Shown here in pieces: positions 53,001-64,000 of a DNA stretch of 64,000 bases. Positions within the stretch are counted from its first letter, which is position 1. Every line of letters starts with the position of its first letter. This stretch comes from Eledone cirrhosa. Lineage: Eukaryota. Below the pieces are notes generated by a model that saw only the letters and a list, made by a program, of their open reading frames with translations, searched no databases and was not told where the DNA came from. Where the stretch lies: the NCBI GenBank assembly GCA_964016885.1, contig OZ024740.1, forward strand, positions 208,506,001 to 208,570,000, written 5' to 3'. A program made the translations under genes and the position numbers.

Positions 53001-56000
53001 AGTGTTAGGGTTAGGCTTAGGGTTAGGTTTAGCGTTAGGGTGAGTGTTAGGGTTAGCTATAGTGTTAGGATTAGGCTTAGGGTTAACTTAATGTTAGGGG
53101 TAACGTTAGAGTTAGGGTTACGGTTAGGGTTAGGGTTAACCATAGGGTTAGGTCTAGGGTTAGGGTTACAGTTAGGGTTAGGGTGGGGTTAGATTTAGGG
53201 TTAGCGTTAGTGTTAGGGTTAGGGTTAGGGTTAGGGTTAGCGTTAAGGTTAAGGTTAGGTTTAACGTTAGGGTTAGGGTTAGGGTTAGTGTTAGGGTTAA
53301 GGTTAGGGTTAGGGTTAGGGTTAGGGTTAGGATTAGGGTGAGGGTTATGATTAGTGTTAGGGTTAGGGTTAGGGTTATATTAACGGTTAGCGTTTGGGTT
53401 AGGGATTGGTTTAGGTTTAGGGTGAAGGTTAGGGTTAGGGTTAGGGTTAGGGTTAGTGTTAGGGTTAAGGTTAGTGTTAGGGTTAGTGTTAGGGTTAGGG
53501 TTATGGTTAGGGTTACGGATAGTGTTAGGGTTAGGGTTAGGGTTATATTTACGGTTAGCATTAAGGTTAGGGTTAGGGTTAGTGTTAGGGTTAGGGTTAG
53601 TGTTAGGGTAAAGGTTAGTGTTAGGGTTAGGGTTAGTGTTAGGGTTACGGTTAGGTTTAGTGTTAGAGTTAAGGTTAGGTTTAGCGTTAGGGTTAGGGTT
53701 AGGGTTAGGTTAAGGGTTAGTGTTAGGCTTCGGGTTAGTGTTAGGGTTAGGTTTAGGGTTACTATTAGGGTTAGGGTTAGGGTTAGGGTTAGTGTTAGGG
53801 TTAGCTTTAGCATTAGGATTAGGGTTAGGGATAGAGTTAGGGTTAGTGTTAGGGTTAGGGTTAGGGTTAGGGTTAGGGTTAGGGTTAGGGTTAGTTTTAG
53901 CGTTAATGTTTCGGTTAGCGTTTGGGTTAGGATTAGCGTTATTGTTAGCGTTAAGGTTAGGTTTAGCGTTAGGATTAGGGTTAGGGTTAGGGTTAGGGTT
54001 AGGTTTAGGGTTAAGTTTAGGTTTAGTGTTATCGTTAAGGTTAGGTTTAGCGTTAGGTTTAGGGTTAGATTTAGGGTTAGTGTTAGGGTTAGGGTTAGGG
54101 TTAGGGTTAGGGTTAGGATTATCTTTAGCGTTAGGATTAGGGTTAGGGTTAGGGTTAGGGTTAGTGTTAGGGTTAGGGTTAGGGTTAGGGTTAGTGTTAG
54201 GGTTAGGTTTAGGGTTAGGGTTAAGGTTAGGGTTAGGGTTAGGATTAGTGTTAGGTTTAGTGTTAGCTTTAAGGTTAGGTTTAGCGTTAGGATTAGGGTT
54301 AGGGTTAGGTTTAAGGTTAGGGTTAGGGTTAGGGTTAGGGTTAGGTTTGGGGTTTGGGTTAGGGATAGGGTTAGGTTAAGTTTAGTGTTAGCGTTAAGGT
54401 TAGGTATAGCGTTAGGATTAGGGTTAGGGTTAGGGTTAGGGTTAGGGTTAGATTTAGAGTGAGCGTTAAGGTTAGGTTTAGCGTTAGGGCTAGGATTAGG
54501 GTTAGGGTTAGGTTAGGGTTACGGTTAGGTTATAGGTTTAGGGTTAGGGTTACCATTATGGTTAGGATTAGGGTAAGGGTTAGCATTAGGGTTAGGGTTA
54601 GGCTTAACTTTAGGGTTAGGGTTAGGGTTAGGGTTAGGTTTAGAATAGGGTTAACGTTAGGCTTAAGATTGGGGTTAGCGTTAATGTCAGGGTTAGGATT
54701 ACGGTTAGAATTAAGGTTTCGGTTAGCGTTAGGGTTAGGGATAGGGTTAGTTTTAGGGTTAGGGTTAGGGTTAGGGTTAAGTTTAGGTTTAACGTTAGGG
54801 CTAGGGTTAGGGTTAGGATTAGGGTTAGGTTTAGTCTTAGGGTTAAGGTTAGTGTTAGGATTAGGGTTAGGGTTATATTTAGGGTTAGCGTTAAGGTTAG
54901 GGTTAGGGTCAGTGTTAGGGTTGGGGTTAGGGTTTGGGCTAGGGTTAGGGTTAGGGTTAGGGTTATGGTTAGGTTTAGTGTTAGGGTTACGGTTAGGTTT
55001 AGCATTAGGATTAGGGTTAGGTTTAGGGTTACTATTAGGGTATGGGTTACGGTTAGGGTTATATTTAGAGTTAGCGTTAAGGTTAGGGTTAGGGTAGGGT
55101 TAGGTTTAGTGTTAGCGTTAAGGTTAGGGTTAGGGTTAGGGATAGCGTTAGTGTTAGGGTAATATTTAGAGTTAGCGTTAAGGTTAGGGTTAGGGTTATG
55201 GTTAGGTTTAGTGTTAGCGTTAAGGTTAAGTTTAGCGTTAGGATTAGGGTTAGGGTTAGGGTTAGGGAAGGGTTAGGTTTAGGGTTATGGTTAGGATTAG
55301 GGTTAGGGTTAGGGTTAGGGTTAGGTTTAGTGTTAGCGTTAGGGCTAGGTTTTGGGTTAGGGTAAGGGTTATGGTTAGGGTTATGGTTAGGATGAGGGTT
55401 AGGTTTAGTGTTAGCGTTAATGTTAGGTTTAGCGTTACGATTAGCGTTAGGGTTAGGTTTAGGGTTAGGGTTATGATTAGGGTTAGGCTTAGGGTTAGGG
55501 TTAGCGTTTAGGTTAGGTTTAGCGTTAGGATTAGGGTTAGAGTTAGGGTTAGGGATAGGGTTAGGGTTATGGTTAGGGTTAGGGTTAGAGTTAGAGTTAG
55601 GGTTAGGGTTATGGTTAGGGTTACGGATAGTGTTAGGGTTAGGGTTAGGGTTATATTTAGGGTTAGCGTTAAGGTTAGGGTTAGGGTTAGTGTTAGGGTT
55701 AGGGTTAGGGTTAGTGTTAGGGTTAAGGTTAGTGTTAGGGTTAGGGTTAGGGTTAGGGTTATGGTTAGGGTTACGGATAGTGTTAGGGTTAGGGTTAGGG
55801 TTATTGTTAGCGTTAAGGTTAGGTTTAGCGTTAGGATTATGGTTAGCGTTAACTTAGGGTTAGGGTTAGGGATAGGGTTACGGTTAGGGTTAGTGATAGG
55901 CTAAGGTTTAGGGTTAGGGTTAGGGTTAGGTTTAGTGTTAGCGTTAAGGTTAGGTTTAGCGTTAGGGAGAGGGTTAGGGTTAGGGTTAGGTTAGGGTTAC

Positions 56001-59000
56001 GGTTAGGTTATAGGTTTAGGGTTAGGGATACCGTTATGGTTAGGATTAGGGTAAGGGTTAGCATTAGGGTTAGGGTTAGGCTTAACTTTAGGGTTAGGGT
56101 TAGGGTTAGGGTTAGGTTTAGATTAGGGTTAACGTTAGGCTTAAGATTGGGGTTAGCGTTAATGTCAGGGTTAGGATTACGGTTAGAATTAAGGTTTCGG
56201 TTAGCGTTTGGGTTAGGGTAAGGTTTAGGATTAGGGTTAGGGTTAGGGTTAGGGTTAGGGTTAAGGTTAGGTTTAGTGTTAGAGTTAAGGTTAGGTTTAG
56301 CGTTAGGGTTAGGGTTAGGGTTAGTATTAGGGTTAGGGTTAGGGTTAGTGTTAGGCTTAGGGTTAGTGTTAGGGTTAGTGTTAGGGTTAGGGTTAGGGTC
56401 AGTGTTAGTGTTAGGGTTAGGGTTAGGGTTAGGGTTAGGGTTAGCTTTAGCGTTATGATTAGGGTTAGGGTTAGGGTTAGTGTTAGGGTTTGGGTTAGGG
56501 TTAGTGTTAGCGTTAATGTTTCGGATAGCGTTTGGGTTAGGATTAGCGTTATTGTTAGCGTTAAGTTTAGGTTTAGCGTTAGGATTAGGGTTAGGGTTAG
56601 GGTTAGGGTTAGGGTGAGGTTTAGGGTTAGGGTTAAGTTTAGATTTAGTGTTATCGTTAAGGTTAGGTTTAGCGTTAGTTTTAGGGTTAGATTTAGGATT
56701 AGGGTCAGGGTTAGTTTTAAGCTTAGGGTTAGTGTTAGGGTTAGGGTTAGGGTTAGGGTTAGGGTTAGGGTTATCTTTAGCGTTAGGATTAGGGTTAGGG
56801 TTAGGGTTAGGGTTAGTGTTAGTGTTAGGGTTAGGGTTAGGGTTAGGATTAGGGTTAGGGTTAGGTTTAGTGTTAGCGTTAAGGTTAGGTTTAGCGTTAG
56901 GATTAGGGTTAGGGTTAGGTTTAGGGTTAGGGTTAGGGTTAGGGTTGGGGTTAGGATTAGGGTTACGTTTAGTGTTAGCTTTAAGGTTAGGTTTAGCGTT
57001 AGGATTAGGGTTAGGGTTAGGTTTAAGGTTAGGCTTAGGGTTAGGGTTAGGGTTAGGGTTAGGGTTAGGGTTAGGTTTCGGGTTAGGTTTAATGTTAGCG
57101 TTAGGGTTAGGTTTAGCGTTAGGATTAGGGTTTGGGTTATGGTTAGGGTTAGGGTTAGGGTTAGGGTTAGGGTTAGGGTTATAGTTCTGGTTAGGATTAG
57201 GTTTAGTGTTAGCGTTAAGGTTAGGTTTAACGTTAGGGTTAGGGTTAGATTTAGGGTTAGGGTTAGTGTTAGGGTTAGTGTTAGGGTTAATGTTAGGGTT
57301 AGGGTTAGGGTTAGGGTTAGGGTTAGGGTTAGGGTGAGGGTTACGGTTAGTGTTAGGATTAATGTTAGGGTTATGTTTAGGGTTAGCGTTAAGGTTAGGG
57401 TTAGGGTTGAGGTTAGGGTTTGGGCTAGGGTTACGGTTAGGGTTAGGGTTAGGGTTAGGGTTAGGTTTAGTGTTAGGCTTAAGGTTAGGTTTAGCATTAG
57501 GATTAGGGTTAGTGTTAGGGTTAGGGTTAGGTTTAGGGTTACTATTAGGGTTAGGGTTAGGGTTAGGGTTATATTTAGAGTTAGCGTTAAGGTTAGGGTT
57601 AGGGTTAGAGTTAGGTTTAGTGTTAGCGTTAAGGTTAGGTTTAGCTTTAGGGTTAGGGTTAGGGTTAGGGTTATATTTAGAGTATGCGTTAAGGTTAAGG
57701 TTAGCGTTAGGGTTAGTTTTAGTGTTAGCGTTAAGGTTAAGTTTAGCGTTAGGATTAGGGTTAGGGTTAGGGTTAGGGTTAGGGTTAGGTTTAGGGTTAT
57801 GGTTAGGATTAGGGTTAGGGTTAGTGTTATGGTTAGGGATAGGTTTAGTGTTAGCGTTAGGGCTAGGTTTAGGGTTAGGGTAAGGGTTATGGTTAGGGTT
57901 AGGGTTAGGGTTAGGGTTAGGGTTAGGTTTAGTGTTAGCGTTAATGTTAGGTTTAGCGTTAGGATTAGGGTTAGGGTTAGGTTTAGGGTTAGGGTTAGGG
58001 TTAGGGTTGGGGTTAGGATTAGGGTTACGTTTAGTGTTAGCTTTAAGGTTAGGTTTAGCGTTAGGATTAGGGTTAGGGTTAGGTTTAAGGTTAGGCTTAG
58101 GGTTAGGGTTAGGGTTAGGGTTAGGGTTAGTGTTATGGTTAGGTTTCGGGTTAGGTTTAATGTTAGCGTTAGGGTTAGATTTAGCGTTAGGATTAGGGTT
58201 TGGGTTATGGTTAGGGTTAGGGTTAGGGTTAGGGTTAGAGTTCGGGTTAGGATTAGGTTTAGTGTTAGCGTTAAGGTTAGGTTTAACGTTAGGGTTAGGT
58301 TTAGATTTAGGGTTAGGGTTAGTGTTAGGGTTAGTGTTAAGGTTAATGTTAGGGTTAGGTTTAGGGTTAGGGTTAGGGTTAGGGTTAGGGTGAGGGTTAC
58401 GGTTAGTGTTAGGATTAATGTTAGGGTTATGTTTAGGGTTAGCGTTAAGGTTAGGGTTAGGGTTGGGGTTAGGGTTTGGGCTAGGGTTACGGTTAGGGTT
58501 AGGGTTAGGGTTAGGGTTAGGTTTAGTGTTAGGGTTAAGGTTAGGTTTAGCATTAGGATTAGGGTTAGTGTTAGGATTAGGGTTAGGTTTAGGGTTACTA
58601 TTAGGGTTAGGGTTAGGGTTAGGGTTATATTTAGAGTTAGCGTTAAGGTTAGGGTTAGGGTTAGGGTTAGGTTTAGTGTTAGCGTTAAGGTTAGGTTTAG
58701 CTTTAGGGTTAGGGTTAGGGTTAGGGTTATATTTAGAGTTAGCGTTAAGGTTAGGGTTAGCGTTAGGGTTAGTTTTAGTGTTAGCGTTAAGGTTAAGTTT
58801 AGCGTTAGGATTAGGGTTAGGGTTAGGGTTAGGGTTAGGGTTAGGGTTAGGTTTAGGGTTATGGTTAGGATTAGGGTTAGGGTTAGTGTTAGGGTTAGGG
58901 ATAGGTTTAGTGTTAGCGTTAGGGCTAGGTTTAGGGTTAGGGTAAGGTTTATGGTTAGGGTTAGGGTTAGGGTTAGGGTTAGGGTTAGGTTTAGTGTTAG

Positions 59001-62000
59001 CGTTAATGTTAGGTTTAGCGTTACGATTAGGGTTAGGGTTAAGTTTAGGGTTAGGGTTATGAATAGGTTTAGGGGTAGGTTTAGTGTTAGCGTTAAGGTT
59101 AGGTTTAGCGTTAGGATTAGGGTTAAGGTTAGGTTTAGGGTTACGGTTAGGGTTAGGGTTAGGGTTAGGGTATGGGTTAAGGTTAGGGTTAGTGTTAGGG
59201 TTAGCGTTTAGGTTAGGTTTAGCGTTAGGATTAGGTTAGAGTTAGGGTTTGGGTTAGGGTTAGGATTAGGGTTAGGGTTAGTGTTAGGGTTAGGGTTAGG
59301 TTTAGGGTTAGGGTTAGGTTTGCGTTAGGATTAGTGTTAGGGTTAGGGTTAGGGTTAGGTTTAGTGTTAGGGTTAGGGTTATATTTAGGGTTAGCTTTAA
59401 AGTTAGGATTACGGTTAGGGTTACGGTTAAGGTTAGGGTTAGGGTTAGGTTTAGGGTCAGGGTTAGGGTAAGGTTTAGTGTTAGATTTAGGGTTAGGGTT
59501 AGGTTTAGAGTTAGCGTTAAGGTTAGGTTTAGCGTTATGGTTACGGTTAGGGTTAGGGTTAGGGTTAGGGTTAGCTTAGGGTTAGGGTTAGGGTTAGGGT
59601 TGGGGTTAGGTTTACTGTTAGCGTTAGGCTTAGGTTTAGCGTTAGGATTAGGGTTAGGGTTAGGGTTAGGGTTAGGGTTAGGGTTTGGGTTAGGGTTAGG
59701 ATCAGCGTTAAGGTTAGGTTTAGCCTTAGGATTAAGGTTAGTATTAGGGTTAGGGTTAGGGTTAGGCTTAGGGCTATGGTTAGGTTTAGGGTTAGGGTTA
59801 GGGTTAGCGTTAGGGTTAGGGTTAGGGTTAGGTTTAGGGTTAGGGTTAGGGTTAGGGTTTGTGTTAGAGTTAAGTTTAGTGTTAGCGTTAAGGTTAGGTA
59901 TAGCTTTAGGATTAGGGTTAGGGTTAGGGTTAAAGTTAGGGTTAGGGTTAGGGTTAGGTTTAGAGTGAACGTTCAGGTTAGGTTTAGCGTTAGGGTTAGG
60001 GTTAGGGTTAGGGTTAGGGTTAGGGTTAAGTTTAGTGTTAGAGTTAAGGTTAGGTTTCGCATTAGGATTAGGGTTAGTATTAGGGTTAGGGTTAGGTTTA
60101 GGGTTACTATTAGGGTTACGGTTAGTGTTAGGGTTATATTTAGAGTTAGCGTTAAGGTTAGGGTTAGGGTTAGGGTTAGGGTAGGCGTTAAGTTTAGGGT
60201 TAGGGTTAGGGTTAGGGTAATATTTAGAGTTAGCGTTAAGGTTAGGGTTAGGGTTAGGGTTAGGTTTGCGTTAGGTTTAGGGTTAAGGTTATATTTAGGG
60301 TTAGCATTAAGGTTAGGGTTAGGGTTAGGGTTAAATTTAGTGTTAGCTTTAAGGTTAGGTTTAGCGTTAGGAATAGGCTTAGGGATAGGGTTAGGGTTAG
60401 GGTTAGGGTTAGGTTTAGTGTTAGCGTTAAGGTTAGGTTTAGCGTTAGGATTAGAGTTAGGTTTAGGGTTAGGGTTAGGGTTAGGGTTAGGGTTAGCGTT
60501 AATGTTAGGTTTAGCGTTAGGAATAGGGTTAGGGTTAGGGTTAGGGTTAAGTTTAGTGTTATCGTTAAGGTTAGGTTTAGCGTTAGGATTAGGGTTAGGG
60601 ATAGGGTTAGGGTTAAGGTTAGGTTTAGGGTTAGGGTTAGGGTTAGGGTTAGGGTTAGTGTTAGGGTTAGGGTTAGGGTTAGGTTTAGTGTTAGCGTTAA
60701 GGTTAGGTTTAGCGTTAGGGTTAGGGTTAGGTTTAGCGTTTGGGTTAGTGTTAGGGTTAGGGTTAAGGTTAGGTTTAACGTTAGGGTTAGGGTTAGGGTT
60801 AGGATTAGGGTTAGGTTTAGTCTTAGGGTTAAGGTTAGTGTTAGCGTTAGGGTTAGGGTTAGGGTTAGGGTTAGTGTTAGGGTTAGGGTTAGGGTTAGGG
60901 TTAGGCTTGGTGTTAGCGTTAGGCTTAGGTTTAGCGTTAGGATTAGGGTTAGGGTTAGGGTTAGGGTTAGGGTCAGGGTTAGGGTTAGGATCAGCGTTAA
61001 GGTTAGGTTTAGCGTTAGGAATAGGGTTAGGGTTAGGGTTATGGTTAGGGTTAAGTTTAGTGTTATCGTTAAGGTTAGGTTTAGCGTTAGGGTTAGGGTT
61101 ATCGTTAGGGTTAGGGTTAGCGTTAGGGTTAGGGTTAGGGTTAGGTTTAGTGTTAGGGTTAGGGTTAGGGTTAGTGTTAGAGTTACGTTTAGTGTTAGCG
61201 TTAAGGTTAGGTATAGCGTTAGGATTAGGGTTAGGGTTAGGGTTAGGGTTAGGTTTAGAGTGAGCGTTAAGGTTAGGTTTAGCGTTAGGGTTAGGGTTAG
61301 GGTTAGGGTTAGGGTTAAGTTTAGTGTTAGCGTTAAGGTTGGGTTTAGCGTTAGGATTAGGGTTAGTATTAGGGTTACGGTTAGGTTTAGGGTTACTATT
61401 AGGGTTAGGGTTAGGGTTAGGGTTAGGTTTAGTGTTAGCGTTAATGTTAGGGTTAGGGTTAGGGTTAGCGTTAAGTTTAGGGTTAGGGTTAGGGTTAGGG
61501 TAATATTTAGAGTTAACGTTAAGTTTAGGGTTAGGGTTAGGGTTAGGGTTATGTTTAGTGTTAGCGTTAAGGTTAAGTTTAGCGTTAGGATTAGGGTTAG
61601 GGTTAGGGTTAGGGTTAGGTTTATGGTTATGGTTAGGTTTAGTGTTAGGGTTAGTGTTAGGGTTAGGGTTAGGTTTAGTGTTAGCGTTAGGGCTAGGTTT
61701 AGGGTTAGGGTAAGGGTTATGGTTAGGGTTAGGGTTAGGGTTAGGTTTAGTGTTAGCGTTAATGTTAGGTTTAGCGTCACGATTAGGGTTAGGGTTAGGT
61801 TTAGGGTTAGGGTTATGATTAGGTTTAGGGGTAGGTTTAGTGTTAGCGTTAAGGTTAGGTTTAGCGTTAGGATTAGGGTTAAGGTTAGGTTTAGGGTTAG
61901 GGTTTGGGTTTGGGTTAGGTTTAGGGTATGGGTTAGGGTTCGGGTTAGGGTTAGGGTTAGCGTTTAGGTTAGGTTTAGCGTTAGGATTAGGGTTAGAGTT

Positions 62001-64000
62001 AGGGTTAGGGTTCGGATTAGGGTTAGGGTTAGGGTTACGGATAGTGTTAGGGTTAGGGTTAGGGTTATTGTTAGCGTTAAGGTTAGGTTTAGCGTTAGGA
62101 TTAGGGTTAGCGTTCACTTAGGGTTAGGGTTAGGGATAGGGTTACGGTTAGGGTTAGTGATAGGCTAAGGTTTAGGGTTAGGGTTACGGTTAGGTTTAGT
62201 GTTAGCGTTAGGGTTAGGTTTAGCGTTAGGGAGAGGGTTAGGGTTAGGGTTAGGTTAGGGTTACGGTTAGGTTATAGGTTTAGGGTTAGGGTTACCGTTA
62301 TGGTTAGGATTAGGGTAAGGGTTAGCATTAGGGTTAGGGTTAGGCTTAACTTTAGGGTTAGGGTTAGGGTTAGGGTTAGGGTTAGGGTTAGGTTTAGATT
62401 AGGGTTAACGTTAGGCTTAAGATTGGGGTTAGCGTTAATGTCAGGGTTAGGATTACGGTTAGAATTAAGGTTTCGGTTAGCGTTTGGGTTAGGGTTAGGT
62501 TTAGGATTATGGTTAGGGTTAGGGTTAAGATTAGGGTTAGGGTTAGGGTTAGGGTTAGGGTTAGGGTTAGGGTTAAGGTTAGGTTTAGTGTTAGAGTTAA
62601 GGTTAGGTTTAGCGTTAGGGTTAGGGTTAGGGTTAGTATTAGGGTTAGGGTTAGGGTTAGTGTTAGGGTTAGTGTTAGGGTTAGGGTTAGTGTTAGTGTT
62701 AGGGTTAGGGTTAGGGTTAGGGTTAGGGTTAGGGTTAGCTTTAGCGTTAGGATTAGGGTTAGGGTTAGGGATAGGGTTAGTGTTAGGTTTGGGGTTAGGG
62801 TTAGGGTTAGGGTTAGGGTTAGGTTTAGTGTTAGCGTTAATGTTTCGGATAGCGTTTGGGTTAGGATTAGCGTTATTGTTAGCGTTAAGTTTAGGTTTAC
62901 CGTTAGGATTAGGGTTAGGGTTAGGGTTAGGGTTAGGGTGAGGGTTAGGGTTAGGGTTAAGTTTAGGTTTAGTGTTATCGTTAAGGTTAGGTTTAGCGTT
63001 AATTTAGGGTTAGATTTAGGGTTAGGGTCAGGGTTAGTGTTAAGCTTAGGGTTAGTGTTAGGGTTAGGGTTAGGGTTAGGGTTTTCTTTTGCGTTAGGAT
63101 TAGGGATAGGGTTAGGGTTAGGGTTAGTGTTAGGGTTAGGGTTAGCGTTAGGGTTAGGATTAGGGTTAGGGTTAGGTTTAGTGTTAGCGTTAAGGTTAGG
63201 TTTAGCGTTAGGATTAGGGTTAGGGTTAGGTTTAGGGTTAGGGTTAGGGTTAGGGTTGGGGTTAGGATTAGGGTTAGGTTTAGTGTTAGCTTTAAGGTTA
63301 GGTTTAGCGTTAGGATTAGGGTTAGGGTTAGGTTTAAGGTTAGGCTTAGGGTTAGGGTTAGGGTTAGGGTTAGGGTTAGGGTTAGGTTTCGGGTCAGGTT
63401 TAATGTTAGCGTTAGGGTTAGGTTTAGCGTTAGGATTAGGGTTTGGGTTATGGTTAGGGTTAGGGTTAGGGTTAGGGTTAGGGTTAGAGTTCGGGTTAGG
63501 ATTAGGTTTAGTGTTAGCGTTAAGGTTAGGTTTAACGTTAGGGTTAGGGTTAGATTTAGGGTTAGGGTTAGTGTTAGGGTTAGTGTTAGGGTTAATGTTA
63601 GGGTTAGGGTTAGGGTTAGGGTGAGGGTGAGGGTTACGGTTAGTGTTAGGATTAATGTTAGGTTTATGTTTAGGGTTAGCGTTAAGGTTAGGGTTAGGGT
63701 TGGGGTTAGGGTTTGGGCTAGGGTTACGGTTAGGGTTAGTGTTAGGGTTAGGGTTAGGTTTAGTGTTAGGGTTAAGGTTAGGTTTAGCATTAGGATTAGG
63801 GTTAGTGTTAGGGTTAGGGTTAGGTTTAGGGTTACTATTAGGGTTAGGGTTAGGGTTAGGGTTAGGGTTATATTTAGAGTTAGCGTTAAGGTTAGGGTTA
63901 GGGTTAGGTTTAGTGTTAGCGTTAAGGTTAGGTTTAGCTTTAGGGTTAGGGTTAGGGTTAGGGTAATATTTAGAGTTAGCGTTAAGGTTAGGGTTAGGGT
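50057..64000 (+). repeat. Degenerate telomeric repeat array (TTAGGG)n with variant hexamers
   Basis: TTAGGG interspersed with TTAGCG, TTAGTG, TTAAGG, TTAGGT, TTAGGA, TTATGG and others. G-rich strand is +. Runs to the end of the window. One non-telomeric insert at 51688-51778. Confidence 0.98.

Noticed and set aside
50061-63966. Long LT/NP/VR/GL ORFs as protein-coding genes
   Set aside because: They are automatic translations of the TTAGGG/CCCTAA repeat with no domain content.

Overview
This is AT-rich, repeat-saturated eukaryotic DNA. The SINE families, (TA)n/(GT)n load and TTAGGG repeat suggest a cephalopod (Octopus-like) subtelomere; that assignment is an inference. No intact host gene is visible. 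Bases 1-50 kb are a mosaic of decayed mobile elements: a near full-length Helitron with a Rep/PIF1 pseudogene, several non-autonomous Helitrons, a non-autonomous Gypsy-type LTR element, a mariner remnant, RTE and CRE-like LINE fragments, Penelope-like (GIY-YIG/RT) fragments, tRNA-derived SINEs, MITEs and mini/microsatellites. Bases 50,057-64,000 are a degenerate (TTAGGG)n array with higher-order structure. The most notable signal is more than a dozen minimal type-I hammerhead ribozyme (HHR) motifs from at least five sequence families (CUGANGA-stem II-GAAA-palindromic stem III-UA). They occur in a 420-nt tandem retrozyme-like unit and in fold-back palindromes. One HHR palindrome lies about 200 bp from the start of the telomeric array. 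All structures were read by eye; none was folded or searched computationally.
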